From: Vicugna vicugna | Taxonomy: Eukaryota | Assembly (NCBI GenBank): GCA_013265495.1 | Contig: MU058206.1 | Span: forward strand, 186,001-250,000 | Direction: 5' to 3' | Length of the DNA stretch: 64,000 nucleotides | Shown: positions 37,087-47,968 of the stretch, in pieces | How the letters are laid out: each line of letters starts with the position of its first letter | Numbering within the stretch: position 1 is the stretch's first letter | Position numbers and translations under genes: made by a program | The notes under the pieces: model-generated | Told to the model about the DNA's origin: nothing | Database searches by the model: none | Seen by the model: only the letters and a program-made list of their open reading frames with translations

Positions 37087-40000
37087 GGGTTCTTCCCACA
37101 TGGAAATTGCATACCTCAAACCAGTTGGAAAACTCAAAAGCTGTCACTACATTACACATATAATATAATAAGCATCACCAACCAGTCAACCACACCAAGT
37201 GGATAGTTACTTAAGGGGCACTGAAGGACTTCTTTGCAGCCCATTTTCCTTTTTAACTCTCTTTTGGTCAATTAAACAAATGAATTTTCACTCCTGGAAC
37301 ACAGGTATATAAGCAGAAGGGAAACAGGCTGGGCGTATGCTGGGCAGACTGCAGAGGATGCCAGCCTGGGAGGAAATTCACCGTGCAGAGCCCTGGATCA
37401 GGGGCTAAAAGGGCTTTATTAGTCACACAGGCTTGGGCAAGCCACTTCCTTACGGACCCTCAGTTTCCTTATGTGCAAAGACAAGCAAAAGCCACCTGCA
37501 CGTACAGGACTGTTGCGAGGATGAATGAGAAACCTCGAGGGTACTGACTAGGAGCAACAAAAAGATAAACACGTGGAACACACTGTCAAAACTAACACTG
37601 TTGACACTCTCAGCTTCCCTGAGAAACGCAGATGAGTTTTGGGGCCTTCCTGAGTTGGGATTCACAGACCCTTTCTTTCCACAGAAGCACCTGCTTTAGT
37701 CTCCAGTGAACACAAAACTACCCAGGATTATGGTTCTAATGAGAAAGAGTCCAGGTGCTTTAAGATGTGCACAGGCCATGTGGCCATGCCTCGCACTGGC
37801 CTCCTCTCCCCAACCTAGCCACACAGATGACGGACTATTGTGAAAACTCCCTGGTTGCAGCCCCTCTGTATGCGATCCACTCCACCCTCAACTCCAGTTT
37901 GTGTGTCATATCTGATGGGCACGAGTGACAAAGACAAACCCCAAACAGGGGCCAGGCGTCAGGTTGTCAGCCAGCTCGCAGGTGTGCAGCAGGGAGTGCA
38001 AGTGTTATCAGCAGCAGTTCTCAAAGCCGTGTGGGCGATCAAGCACACACAGAGCACAAAGCACTCTTAAAGGGAAGGCGGTGTGGTGGGTGGAGAGAGA
38101 GGGGGAGGAGGAAGAGAAGCTGCCTTTCTTTCCTCCCAATCACATTTCTACTCTGTTCCAAGTTATCCCCAGCTAGGCTGGTTTACAAAATCATTTTGAC
38201 TAAGTCACGAGCCGGTGGTTAGAGGCAGACTCCATGGATGAGGATGAGGGCTTGGGGAATGATAGTGAGAATCTCCAGCATTTCCCCCATTTGGTGGTAA
38301 AAAGAGAAGCAGATACATCAGTGCTTCACATAAAGGATGGTGCCTGGCTTGGGAGGGGGAGATTCCAGCCTCGTCATACCTTCGAAGCCACCCTAGGGCC
38401 AACAGATAATTCTGCTCCCTAGCCCAGAAAAGTCGCTGGTTCAGATTTTATTTTTCTGCTTTCCTCTGCTAAATATTATTGCACTTCCAGGAATTTGGTG
38501 CAAATCTACCTGGAGTGAAAGGACTTCCAGCATTCCTCTCAGTCTCCTTGGCCTCTCACCCATATCCACGTCTCAGCCTAAAGCCAGGTCATCTGGCTTT
38601 TTTACAAAATCATAACAAAATCCTAAACATTGGTTGTTTCCATGGATCAACCTGGTAACTAACTGCCCAAGCTCACCCTCTGGCTTCAAGTGTGCAGGGA
38701 ATAGAACCTACAGGCCTAGTAAAGACATCCATGGAAATGCCACGTCTCTGCCACCAGCTGGGCTTCCAGCCCAATGACCAGGATGAATGGGAGACCAGGG
38801 ATTTGAAGAGACAGAACACTAACACTTGCAGGGGGAAGAGTGGGGGTGCCTTGTAAGAGAGGTATTTTAAAGGGGGCACCGTGTGTGGGGACCAGAAGTG
38901 GGAAAAACCATTTCAAGTGAGCCTGGGGAAGCGTGGCTCACTTCTCCCCACCCCTGCTGCCTTTCCAGCAACTCCATCCAACAAGTATTTATTGAGCACA
39001 ACACTCCCCCCATCTGCCCTGGCCCTCCCTCTGCAAAAACACTCAAATCTGTTCAAGCTGCAGGGTGAGTTCCATTGCACTTGAACTTGAAACATGAGGT
39101 GCCTACCTTTTAAAAAGGCAGGCACACAATTTCCAGCATGGGGCAGAAGGGACTAAAGAGATTTGAGAAAGTTAAGGAACACAGCTGACCAAACAAGGAC
39201 ACACCAATGCCACTTTCAAAAGGGAAGGGAGAGGAGAGAGTAAAAATTTAATTTAACCTTAGGGAGAATAGACTGGTCAATTAAAAAAAAAAAGCCTATT
39301 CAAGACACCCCAGTAATTCTCTAATTAACCCTACCTAACATTGAATATTCCTTCATTCTTTACCTCCTCCAGCTTGAATTTATATTTTATTCATTGGTGC
39401 ACATGTTAGTAATTTGCTTTTGGAGTTGTGTGTTTAATTCGAACCTTTGCCTCTTAAGGAGGTTAGACCTCAGTGCTCTCCTGCATGTTTTCAGTTAGGA
39501 TCAGATGATGAGGGATCCAGGTAGCAGAGCTGGTGGCAGACTAGACCTATGCTCGTTAATGTAGTTGCCCCGAAGAGCCACCCGCCATTTGCAAGACAGG
39601 GAGCACGGGGTCAGAGAAGAAGCACCCCAAACTTCCCACGCTGCCTGACAAATACTGCCCAACTCTAAGAAGCCACATTCAGGCAGCTTGTGGGAGAAAC
39701 TCCCCCACCTTGAAGCCTATTACTACTGCTCAGATCAACTGAAGCCCTCGGGGGAGTCTTCCCAGGCCTCCCCCAACCTCCACCCCTTTTATAAAGTGCA
39801 GGCAGAGCTGAGCCCAAGGCGCTCCGCCACCCCCAGTGTCAGCTGTCTGGGGCTCATGGGCAGGGCAGGGCAGGGTAAGTGTCTGTGCACAGCCCAGACT
39901 TCAGTTCCAGGTTCCCCAGGGGCTGGAGTTAAAAGTTTTCCTATTATGAAATACTTTGATAGCATTCTTTTAAGTTCATTAAAGCCACCCTTGATTGGCT

Positions 40001-42143
40001 GTGCTGCTCCCACACAGTAAAAGTCAACTGAGGCTTATTCGAGCCTAAGGATAAACATTTAAATGACTTCAAGTTGGGCATTCAGCTTTGTAGTGACCCA
40101 GAAGAAAAGTGTGCAGGAGAAGGCCAAGTGCCAGAAGGAGTTTTCAAAACCAGGAGGTTCAGTGGGGACCATGAGCTGGAGGCCCGAGTGAGAGCAGCCA
40201 GCTGTCCAGAGCCTCCCACTGTACAGCTGTTCCCAGAACAACTGGCCCTTCACAGCTCCACACGACTGGAGAGGAACTGGAGCACAGATCATTCATAACT
40301 TCAAGAATAATCCAAAACTCTTCTCTCTCTGAGATCAGGACTTGCTTTGGACCTAACAATGTGAATAGATCTGGCTAATGTTTGGTTAATTCATAACCCT
40401 GCAAACCAAATAATGGAGCCCTCTGTGAAGCCTCCACTTAGGCAGAGGTGGAGAGTTGACCAGATGCCCCCCTCATCTTTTCTGTTTCTACTCTTTTCTG
40501 TTTTCTCTTCTGTCCATCTCAGAGGTGGGTCTAACTTACCAATCCATGAAGAAACAGTCCAGTCTCACTAAACTAACTTGCTGGGAGCTGGGAAGGAAAC
40601 AGGGCTTTCCCTTCTGAGCTGCCTATGGAATAGGTGTACGTACGCCCAGGTAAGTCTAGTACAGCATTTGCACTAGTGTCATATAGCACTTGCTATATAT
40701 GATACAGTCAGTAAAAACTCAAAAACCACACCTGCCCCCAAAATAGGTCACACCTTAAAGTCTGATCCTTTGGCACAAAGGCGCTGCATGAGAATTTAAG
40801 AATCTGGAGGAGGATGCTTGATTTCTAACAGTTCCATGAAGATCAAGGAATAGGTGGCCTGGTACCCATCACACCATTCAGTAGAAACTAGCAGAACATG
40901 CAGGTAAAGTGTTCTCTGGCTATTTAAGTCCACCAGCCACTTTGGCAACACTCATATTGCCACCATAACTATGAAAATTTTGCATTCTTGCCTCAAATTT
41001 TCTAGATCTATCTATATCTGGAACCGGAGAGAATGATGTCCTCTTACCACCACACCCCACTGCTCTTCTCAGGCCCCCTCCACTGACCTCAAATAGTTTA
41101 AAACATCTCTGCTCAATGTTATGGAAGTGGACAGCTTCCCATATCCTTTGCTGTCCAAAATACTGAAGAACGCATGGATCTTTGGGTACCAAAGGATAAA
41201 GAAGTTAGGCACTGTGGCCCTCAATTTCAAGGATGCCATCACTGGTGATAATATTTAAAAGTCAGATACTTCAGTAATGCATTTTGCTGACCATGTGCCT
41301 GGTGTTAGCAAAGCTATCAGAAGTAAGTTAGACACTGCCTCAATCACAGATTTCTGAAGAACAACTATAGCTCTTAAAGGATTTAACTGAACCCCAAGTT
41401 TCATTATAGCAAGATGGCTCCTCGGCATAGAAAAGTGGCATTCTATTCCAATCTCCAGGCTGTTTTGTGCACCAAAATCCAGGACCATGGTTTAATGAAG
41501 GCTTTCTCTTAGTGTCTCTAATAAGCAACCTCCTTTATGCAGTTCCACACCTGTCTACACATCCATCCCCCAAGGACTAAGTTTTCAAAGCACTGCAAAT
41601 AATGATGCTGCCTTACATTCATTGAAATGACCATCCTGAAGGCCATCCTAATTGACATTTGAAAAACCTTTCCTATGTCCCTGTGGGGAAGTCCCATTAT
41701 TTTAAGGCAGCCATGATCTCACTGATCTGTTCAGGAAAATAAAAGGTAATGAGAAAAATTCAAAACAAGAGATAAGCCTAAAATAATTTCCATCTGATTT
41801 TGAAATGTGTTCACTGCAGTTGCAGGTTGTTAGGTTTGGAAGGAGGGTAAGAGGGGAGGGGATGCAAATTTGCCTAACAGTTAAGCTTTTATGTAAATCC
41901 AAATTAGTTCATATCTACCTGACAAGGGTGGGGGTGGGCAGCCTGGATTCACACGTGTTGATCTTCCATAAAGATTGAGAACTAACTGGAAGCTTATGAC
42001 CCCCTTTTCTTTTCCCCTAAAATATGAGTAGGGATACAGGCTTGTTAGTTTTCTTTGGCCCCTGAGGACTTCCTGAGGTGTATACTACACACATTTGAAA
42101 CTCATCTTTATACAGCAATACTGGTCAGGAACATTGTTGAAGA

Positions 42144-42364
42144 CAAGGCTAGGCCAACTTTTTCTCTAAAGTTCCATGTAGTAAATATTCCAGCCTTTGT
42201 GGGCTACAGGATCTCTATCGCAACTACTCAACTCTGTCACTGTAGTGCAAAAGCAGCCAGACAATACCTAAGTGAAGGAGCATGGCTGTGTTCCAATAAA
42301 ACTTTATTTACAATAACAGGCAGAGGCCTGGATTTGGTTTGCAGGCTGTAATTACCAACCCCTG
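42144..42364 (+). mobile_element. MER58A-like hAT-Charlie DNA transposon
   Basis: caactactcaactctg.cactgtagtgcaaaagcagcc; ggctgtgttccaataaaactttatttac; 8-bp TSD gttgaaga/gtttaaga. Confidence 0.9.
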
Positions 42365-42462
42365 GTTTAAGAAGGGCCTGGTGAGTAGAGGAGGTACTCC
42401 CCAGCACCCAGCTGGCCAGTGGGGCTGGTCCACTAGAGAAGAATTTGCAAAGCTGAACTGAA

Positions 42463-42699
42463 CATTATCTTCATTCTAGGGACATGGAGAAAAAGACACT
42501 AAACAGGATTGGTAAGACTGGAACCCAGAACACTTCGCATCCTGGCCCCATTTTGTCCCTCATCAGAGGTCCTGGAAGAACATAAAAGTTAGCAGCCTCC
42601 AGCTGACATGAGACACAAATGAGAATTCAATTAAAGGGGGAATTGCAGTGAAAAATTTACCCTGGATTTCTATTACCAGCTCATGGTTCTTCGCTTCTT
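42463..42699. repeat. Copy 2 of the duplicated element (same orientation, 17769 bp downstream)
   Basis: Same alignment as for copy 1. Confidence 0.93.
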
Positions 42700-43212
42700 A
42701 GAGTTGACCTTCATTTTTCTCTCCACTGTCTTTTGCCTTCTACACCCCTAGCTGAGGCTCATAAAAATGAAGCTGGTCCTCAGTTTAGGAAGACATCCCT
42801 TATGGAGGAATAGCCACAGAAGGTAAATCCTGCTCTTTAGACCATCACTCTCCCTCATTTTTTAAAAAACAATATCTAATGTATCTTGTCAAGAACACAA
42901 CAGGGTGTGTGGTGAGAGATAACTGCACAGCCCTGAGCACTGTATCACTTTGAGATGGGAAACAGAAACAGTGATGACACTTAATTGTTCCTGAAACCCA
43001 GTCCCAGCTCACATGCTTTTTTAAACAGTTGGGTTTCAGAGCCCTGTTTAGAAAACTCATTTTAAAAGATGAGCAAATAAAAGTGCAAAGGGGAGGCACT
43101 GAAATTCTGAAACCTGCAGTACTGGTTTCAGACCAATATGGGTTTGCTCTTTGAAGCCTGAAAAGGCAATGGGCTCTGGCCAACAGTGCTCTCACCTTGG
43201 CTGGGTGGAGAG

Positions 43213-43447
43213 AATAATAATACAAGAGCAGCAAACACTTCATAGCACCTTCTGTTTGCCAGGTACTGTTTTAAGCACTTTATAGCTATTAACTCATTTG
43301 ATTTGTATGACGTAGATATTATTATTCACATTTTACAGACGAGGAAATTGAGGCACAGAAGTTAACTTCCTCCAGACCACACAGCCAGTGAAAGGTAGAA
43401 CCTGGATATGAAACCCAGGCACGCTAGCATCCAAAGCCATTCTCTTA
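43213..43447 (-). mobile_element. MIR SINE
   Basis: Core cattttacagacgaggaaattgaggcacaga. Other MIRs at about 3225-3560, 8990-9220, 37420-37620, 47700-47885, 48090-48310 and 54560-54680. Confidence 0.8.
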
Positions 43448-44876
43448 AGGGTTTATGACTGCAAGGCGTTTTCTTCTATCACATATACCCTATGGGCCCA
43501 GAGGAAACCACTTCTGCCACTTCTTAAGACCAAAGAATGGAAACCATCTGGACACACAAAAGGATAAAAGTTAACATGTAGAAGACCTGATGTGCTCCCA
43601 AACCAAAGGCCAGGGACATGCCCTTAAGGTCTAGCCACAAAGAAGTCCACAGGCTAAGGCCACTCTTTCCTCCTCCTTTCCTTCCTCTCTCCTGCCTCAC
43701 TGCAAACCTACAAATAATCCCACTACAGATCAGGTAAGTGCTTTATTAGTGTCTCTGGGATACTAATAGGTAGAGAAACAATCCATCAGCCCAGTCCATA
43801 AACAGGCCACCCAATCTGCCCTAGAGCAGCCAACATATTATACAGAGCTCTAACTTCCTAGGTTTTTACCAGTATCTTAGGGCCCCTGGCCCTAAAAAAG
43901 GAACAGGCCATGTGAAGAACCCAGTAATCCAAACCTATACTCGTCTTTCCACAGCATCCACCAGTGTTCATCTTTTTAATATTAGTTTTATAGTAGACAC
44001 AAAATACCTGCTCTTAAAATATGATTGCTAATAGATTTCCAGCTACTACACAGGCAGGCTTTCAGTTGATTTCTACTAAAAGTGACTCAGGTTCTGGCGT
44101 TTACTGTTCTACTAATTTCCCTGGACTCCAAGGAAGCCCAAACAAAACCAACAGGTTTGTAATCTTGTGGTTTGCTTTATAGCTCATGATAGGCATAAGT
44201 TTGTCTGGGCATTACCTTGCTCTACACCGACAGATTCTAGGTATGTGTTTACTATATGGTTACCATCTTGCTACCAAATTTGACTGTTCCTGCACTAAAA
44301 GGTACAATACTAACATTTACAATGAAATCCAGACAGACTTGGAATTTTTACTTCAGAGACTCTCTTAATTGCATTTCTACCTAGGAAGGCAAGGTAACAG
44401 CTAAACTTTTAGGAGAGGGATGTGCAGCAACTAAGCTTGGCAATCACAAAAAGGTCAAGAAACCCTGGTTTAGAGAATGTCATTAATCATCAGATGGCAG
44501 AGACCAAGACTTTTGTACATTTGGTGGACCCTGAGGCTTTAGAAGTGTGCAATGATCTTTTCACATCTGGTGTGAATCAAATACAAGCCTCATTTTCAAC
44601 TTATTGCCAACCTCCTCATGCAAGTAGGTTCCTTTTCCCATTCTTAACTGCCGGTATTTGCAGGAGACCCATTACAAGGTTAAGCAGCTCCTCCCTGGTT
44701 TCCCTACACCCACCACATCAAGCTGCCATTAAGACACCTTTTTGGTGCTATTCATAAAGTGGGGGTATTTGCCACACTATATTTGATTGTAGCCCTCACC
44801 CCACTGCCACGTTGACTACCAAAACAGCCTTGGTGGGGGGAGGGGGTAAAGGCAAGGGGCAAACTGCCCAGGTCCT

Positions 44877-44880
<4 letters not shown>

Positions 44881-44922
<42 letters not shown>
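44881..44922. repeat. (AC)21 microsatellite near the FAM117A CpG island
   Basis: Directly visible. Confidence 0.95.
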
Positions 44923-44926
<4 letters not shown>

Positions 44927-45609
44927 GATAGTTGGAATGAGACAGCCATATTAAGCAGGTCAATTATCTGGGGGTATACAACTTCTGAGCCACATCAAGA
45001 GGATTGTAGGGAATAGAAGCGGAGCGTTTGTATAGTAGTAAAAGCCGTTAAACGAACTTACTCCAACGACTCAGATGAAATCAGCTCCAGGAGGTGGCAT
45101 AAAGGGAAGCGTACGGTGAAGTGATGGGGAAAGGAACGCCAGGGCTACAGAGCGGGATGCTGGGGCCAAACTCAAGTTGGAGAAGTAACACATGGCTCCA
45201 CGGGACTCTCCTCCATGCCCCTCCCCCTCCGCGTGCAGACGTCCAGCGCCCACCGGTCCCTCGCTCCAGGGCCAGCCCTGCATAAGGCGCCCCCGTCACG
45301 CGCCACTCACTCCTTCCTCACACCTCGCTGCCACCCTTGCATCCTCCACTCACCTCCATACGACACCTCTACCCACTTTTCGGTTACGCCCCCAAAGCCA
45401 GCCTCCATCTGCCAGGTCCCTCCCCTCACCTCCCAGCCCGGACTCCCCTGCACACTCTGTCCCGTCCATGTACCCCGCGTTCACCGCTCCTGGCTCTCGC
45501 TCGCTCCGTCCTCGCAGACTTTGCGCGACCCCCTTTCTCTTCCTTCACCGCATCCACTTCCCCCTCACACTTCTCCCTATACCCCTCCCCCCAATCACGC
45601 GTCCCCCCC

Positions 45610-45777
45610 ATGCGGTTGCTGCAGCNNNNNNNNNNNNNNNNNNNNNNNNNNNNNNNNNNNNNNNNNNNNNNNNNNNNNNNNNNNNNNNNNNNNNNNNNNN
45701 NNNNNNNNNNNNNNNNNNNNNNNNNNNNNNNNNNNNNNNNNNNNNNNNNNNNNNNNNNNNNNNNNNNNNNNNNCCAT
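45610..45777 (-). CDS. FAM117A: FAM117A coding exon 1, mostly inside an N-gap; 3' end and donor not found
   Basis: ATG G at 45777-45774 right of the gap; CTG CAG CAA CCG CAT (LQQPH) left of it, with L exactly 51 codons after the ATG as in the recalled human protein. The expected QRRDGGGRA and donor are missing. Confidence 0.75.
45626..45773. other. Assembly gap (148 N). Other gaps: 4393-4532, 16348-16489, 22574-22766, 46954-47117, 56043-56174
   Basis: Runs of N. Confidence 0.99.
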
Positions 45778-46199
45778 CACCCGCCCGCCCAACTGCCCGG
45801 CTGCCTCTGCCCCACAGCCAGCCCCACACAGCCCCCCAACCCCCGCTGCGGCTGCTTATCTGCCCTACGGGGCGGAGACCGGCCCCCTCAGCCCAGAGCT
45901 CTCATTGGCCTACGAATCCCCAGACCCCTCCTCCCAACCAACCCTTGACTTGAGCTTCCCTTTCCAAAGGATGATTGGTCGATATGCCTAGCGATCCGCC
46001 TCAAGACCCCACCCCGATTCCGCCCCCGCCTGCTGCTCTATGCCCGAGGGTCCGCTGATTGGTCCGTACGGAAGGGGGCTGGTTCTCTGGCGATGCCAAT
46101 GAGAAGACGCAGAAAAGGGGAGCGTCACACCCAGTCCCAGGTAGTATGCAAATACGGTGTCACGTGATGTCGGGCAGCGCGGGGGCGGGGGCGGGGCCG

Positions 46200-46280
46200 G
46201 GTGTAAGATGGAATCAAGACTAGTGAAATCCTTATGAGGGGATTGGGGAGGAGTGTCAAACTTTCAGCAATTGAGTCCTG
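46200..46280 (+). other. Candidate first exon of a divergent plus-strand transcript
   Basis: Directly follows the GC boxes; consensus donor CTG|GTAAGT at 46280/46281. Start coordinate approximate. Confidence 0.45.
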
Positions 46281-46780
46281 GTAAGTACCGAGAAAGCAGT
46301 AACTTCAAAACGCATTAGTTTTGGTTTAACCTAAAAACACTACTTTTACAAGCTCCAAAGCAAGATTCTACAAATTAATATAAAGTTTGCATATATTTGC
46401 ATGCAATTTGCATTATATCCGCTCACTTAATGGCTACTGTGCCTCATGTGACACCACATTTGTCTCTCTTCACGTTTCCAAGTCCCCACTTGGTGTTGGT
46501 CCAAACTAAAAAAAAAAAAAAAAAAAAGCCACCAGCTGCTAGCCTGTAAATTAAATTGAGACTGAAAAGGAGCAGGGAATTTCCCTTCAGAGTCGTCCAT
46601 TCCAAGTCTAGCACAGCGGAGTGGAAGAACAAAGTGACTGAGAAAATTGACCAAATTTGCAGTGTGACTCCATTAGCAAATCCTGGTCTTCCCAGTTCAA
46701 TGCTCTCTGACCTACAAGTCAAAATGAGACTGGATGGTTCCCACAGAGAATGCATGCGGCTGCGAAAAATCACATACTAT

Positions 46781-46800
46781 AATATATATATATATATATA
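46781..46800. repeat. (AT)n microsatellite
   Basis: Directly visible. Confidence 0.9.
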
Positions 46801-47906
46801 GACATCTGAAAAGAAAAGAGCATTTAAGTTACTATTAGAATTATTATTCTTCAAAAGAAAAATTATTACTCGGGGTATTCATTAATTATTTTGTTCTATA
46901 TATGGAAAAAGTGAAAGGCAATCAACCCTGGATTGTCTGTGATAAGGGACTATNNNNNNNNNNNNNNNNNNNNNNNNNNNNNNNNNNNNNNNNNNNNNNN
47001 NNNNNNNNNNNNNNNNNNNNNNNNNNNNNNNNNNNNNNNNNNNNNNNNNNNNNNNNNNNNNNNNNNNNNNNNNNNNNNNNNNNNNNNNNNNNNNNNNNNN
47101 NNNNNNNNNNNNNNNNNGGAGCATGCTACAAGGCAAGGAGAGGTCATTCTTGGGATTAAATATTATGAAAGCAGATAATACCCAAATTGGAAATACAAGA
47201 GTTGGATGAATATTAAGATCAGCCTACATACAGAGAACAAATTGAGGTAATGGAACAACCTGAAGAAAGGTTTTCTTTGCAAAGATTGTACTGTTGCAGT
47301 TTTGAAGCATTTACTTCAAGATCTGACATTTGAAATCTTTTTTACTGAAGCAGAGATGCTGTTCTCTTTTTCCATGGAGAGGACAACTTTAACAAAGGCA
47401 TATGGGAATGAACACAAACTGATGAACTGATAAATATTCAGTCTTTATAAAATTAACTCAGTATTTTTTTAAACTTGCAATTTATAATGCTTCTTAATTA
47501 CAATTAGTTCAAAGTCTTCACATACTGTTTTTTTTAAATCTGCATGACAATCTGGAAAGAAAAAACCATGGACTCTCATTGCAGTGCAAGTAGCGTAACT
47601 GAGGCCCCCAAAGTTGAGTCCTTTTGATTCCTAGCTCAGATCTCTATCAGATCTTATTGGACCACCCTGCTTCACATCTTCATTAATAAAATCAGTAATG
47701 GTAGCTGTTAACATTCAGTGAGTTCCATTCTCCGTTCCAGGTACATGTTAAGCACTGTGCATTCATCTCATGACCACACCTATGGGATGGGTATTATCTC
47801 TTCACTGAGGCTTCAGAAAAGAGTAAGATTACTTACTGCCCAAGGTTATGCAGGCAGCCTGACTCCAGAGATGAGCTCCTAATCTCTATTCTTGTAAAAA
47901 CCTTCT

Positions 47907-47968
47907 TCTTTTTTATTTATTTATTTTTTGAAGGAGGATTTAATTAGGTTTACTTATTTATTTATTTA
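47907..47968 (-). mobile_element. 5'-truncated tail of the camelid SINE
   Basis: Reverse reads taaataaataagtaaacctaattaaatcctcc, matching the tail of the 11651 copy. Confidence 0.6.

Larger units (their letters stand above)
45050..46210. promoter_or_regulatory. CpG island / FAM117A promoter with bidirectional features
   Basis: CpG-rich; CCAAT boxes at 45904, 45974, 46058 (FAM117A orientation) and 46096 (opposite); octamer 46146-46153; E-box TCACGTGA 46160-46167; tandem GC boxes about 46180-46197; YY1-like AAGATGG 46205-46211. Confidence 0.88.

Noticed and set aside
41686-41695. NF-kB-like GGGAAGTCCC
   Set aside because: Single site with no clustering or conservation evidence available.
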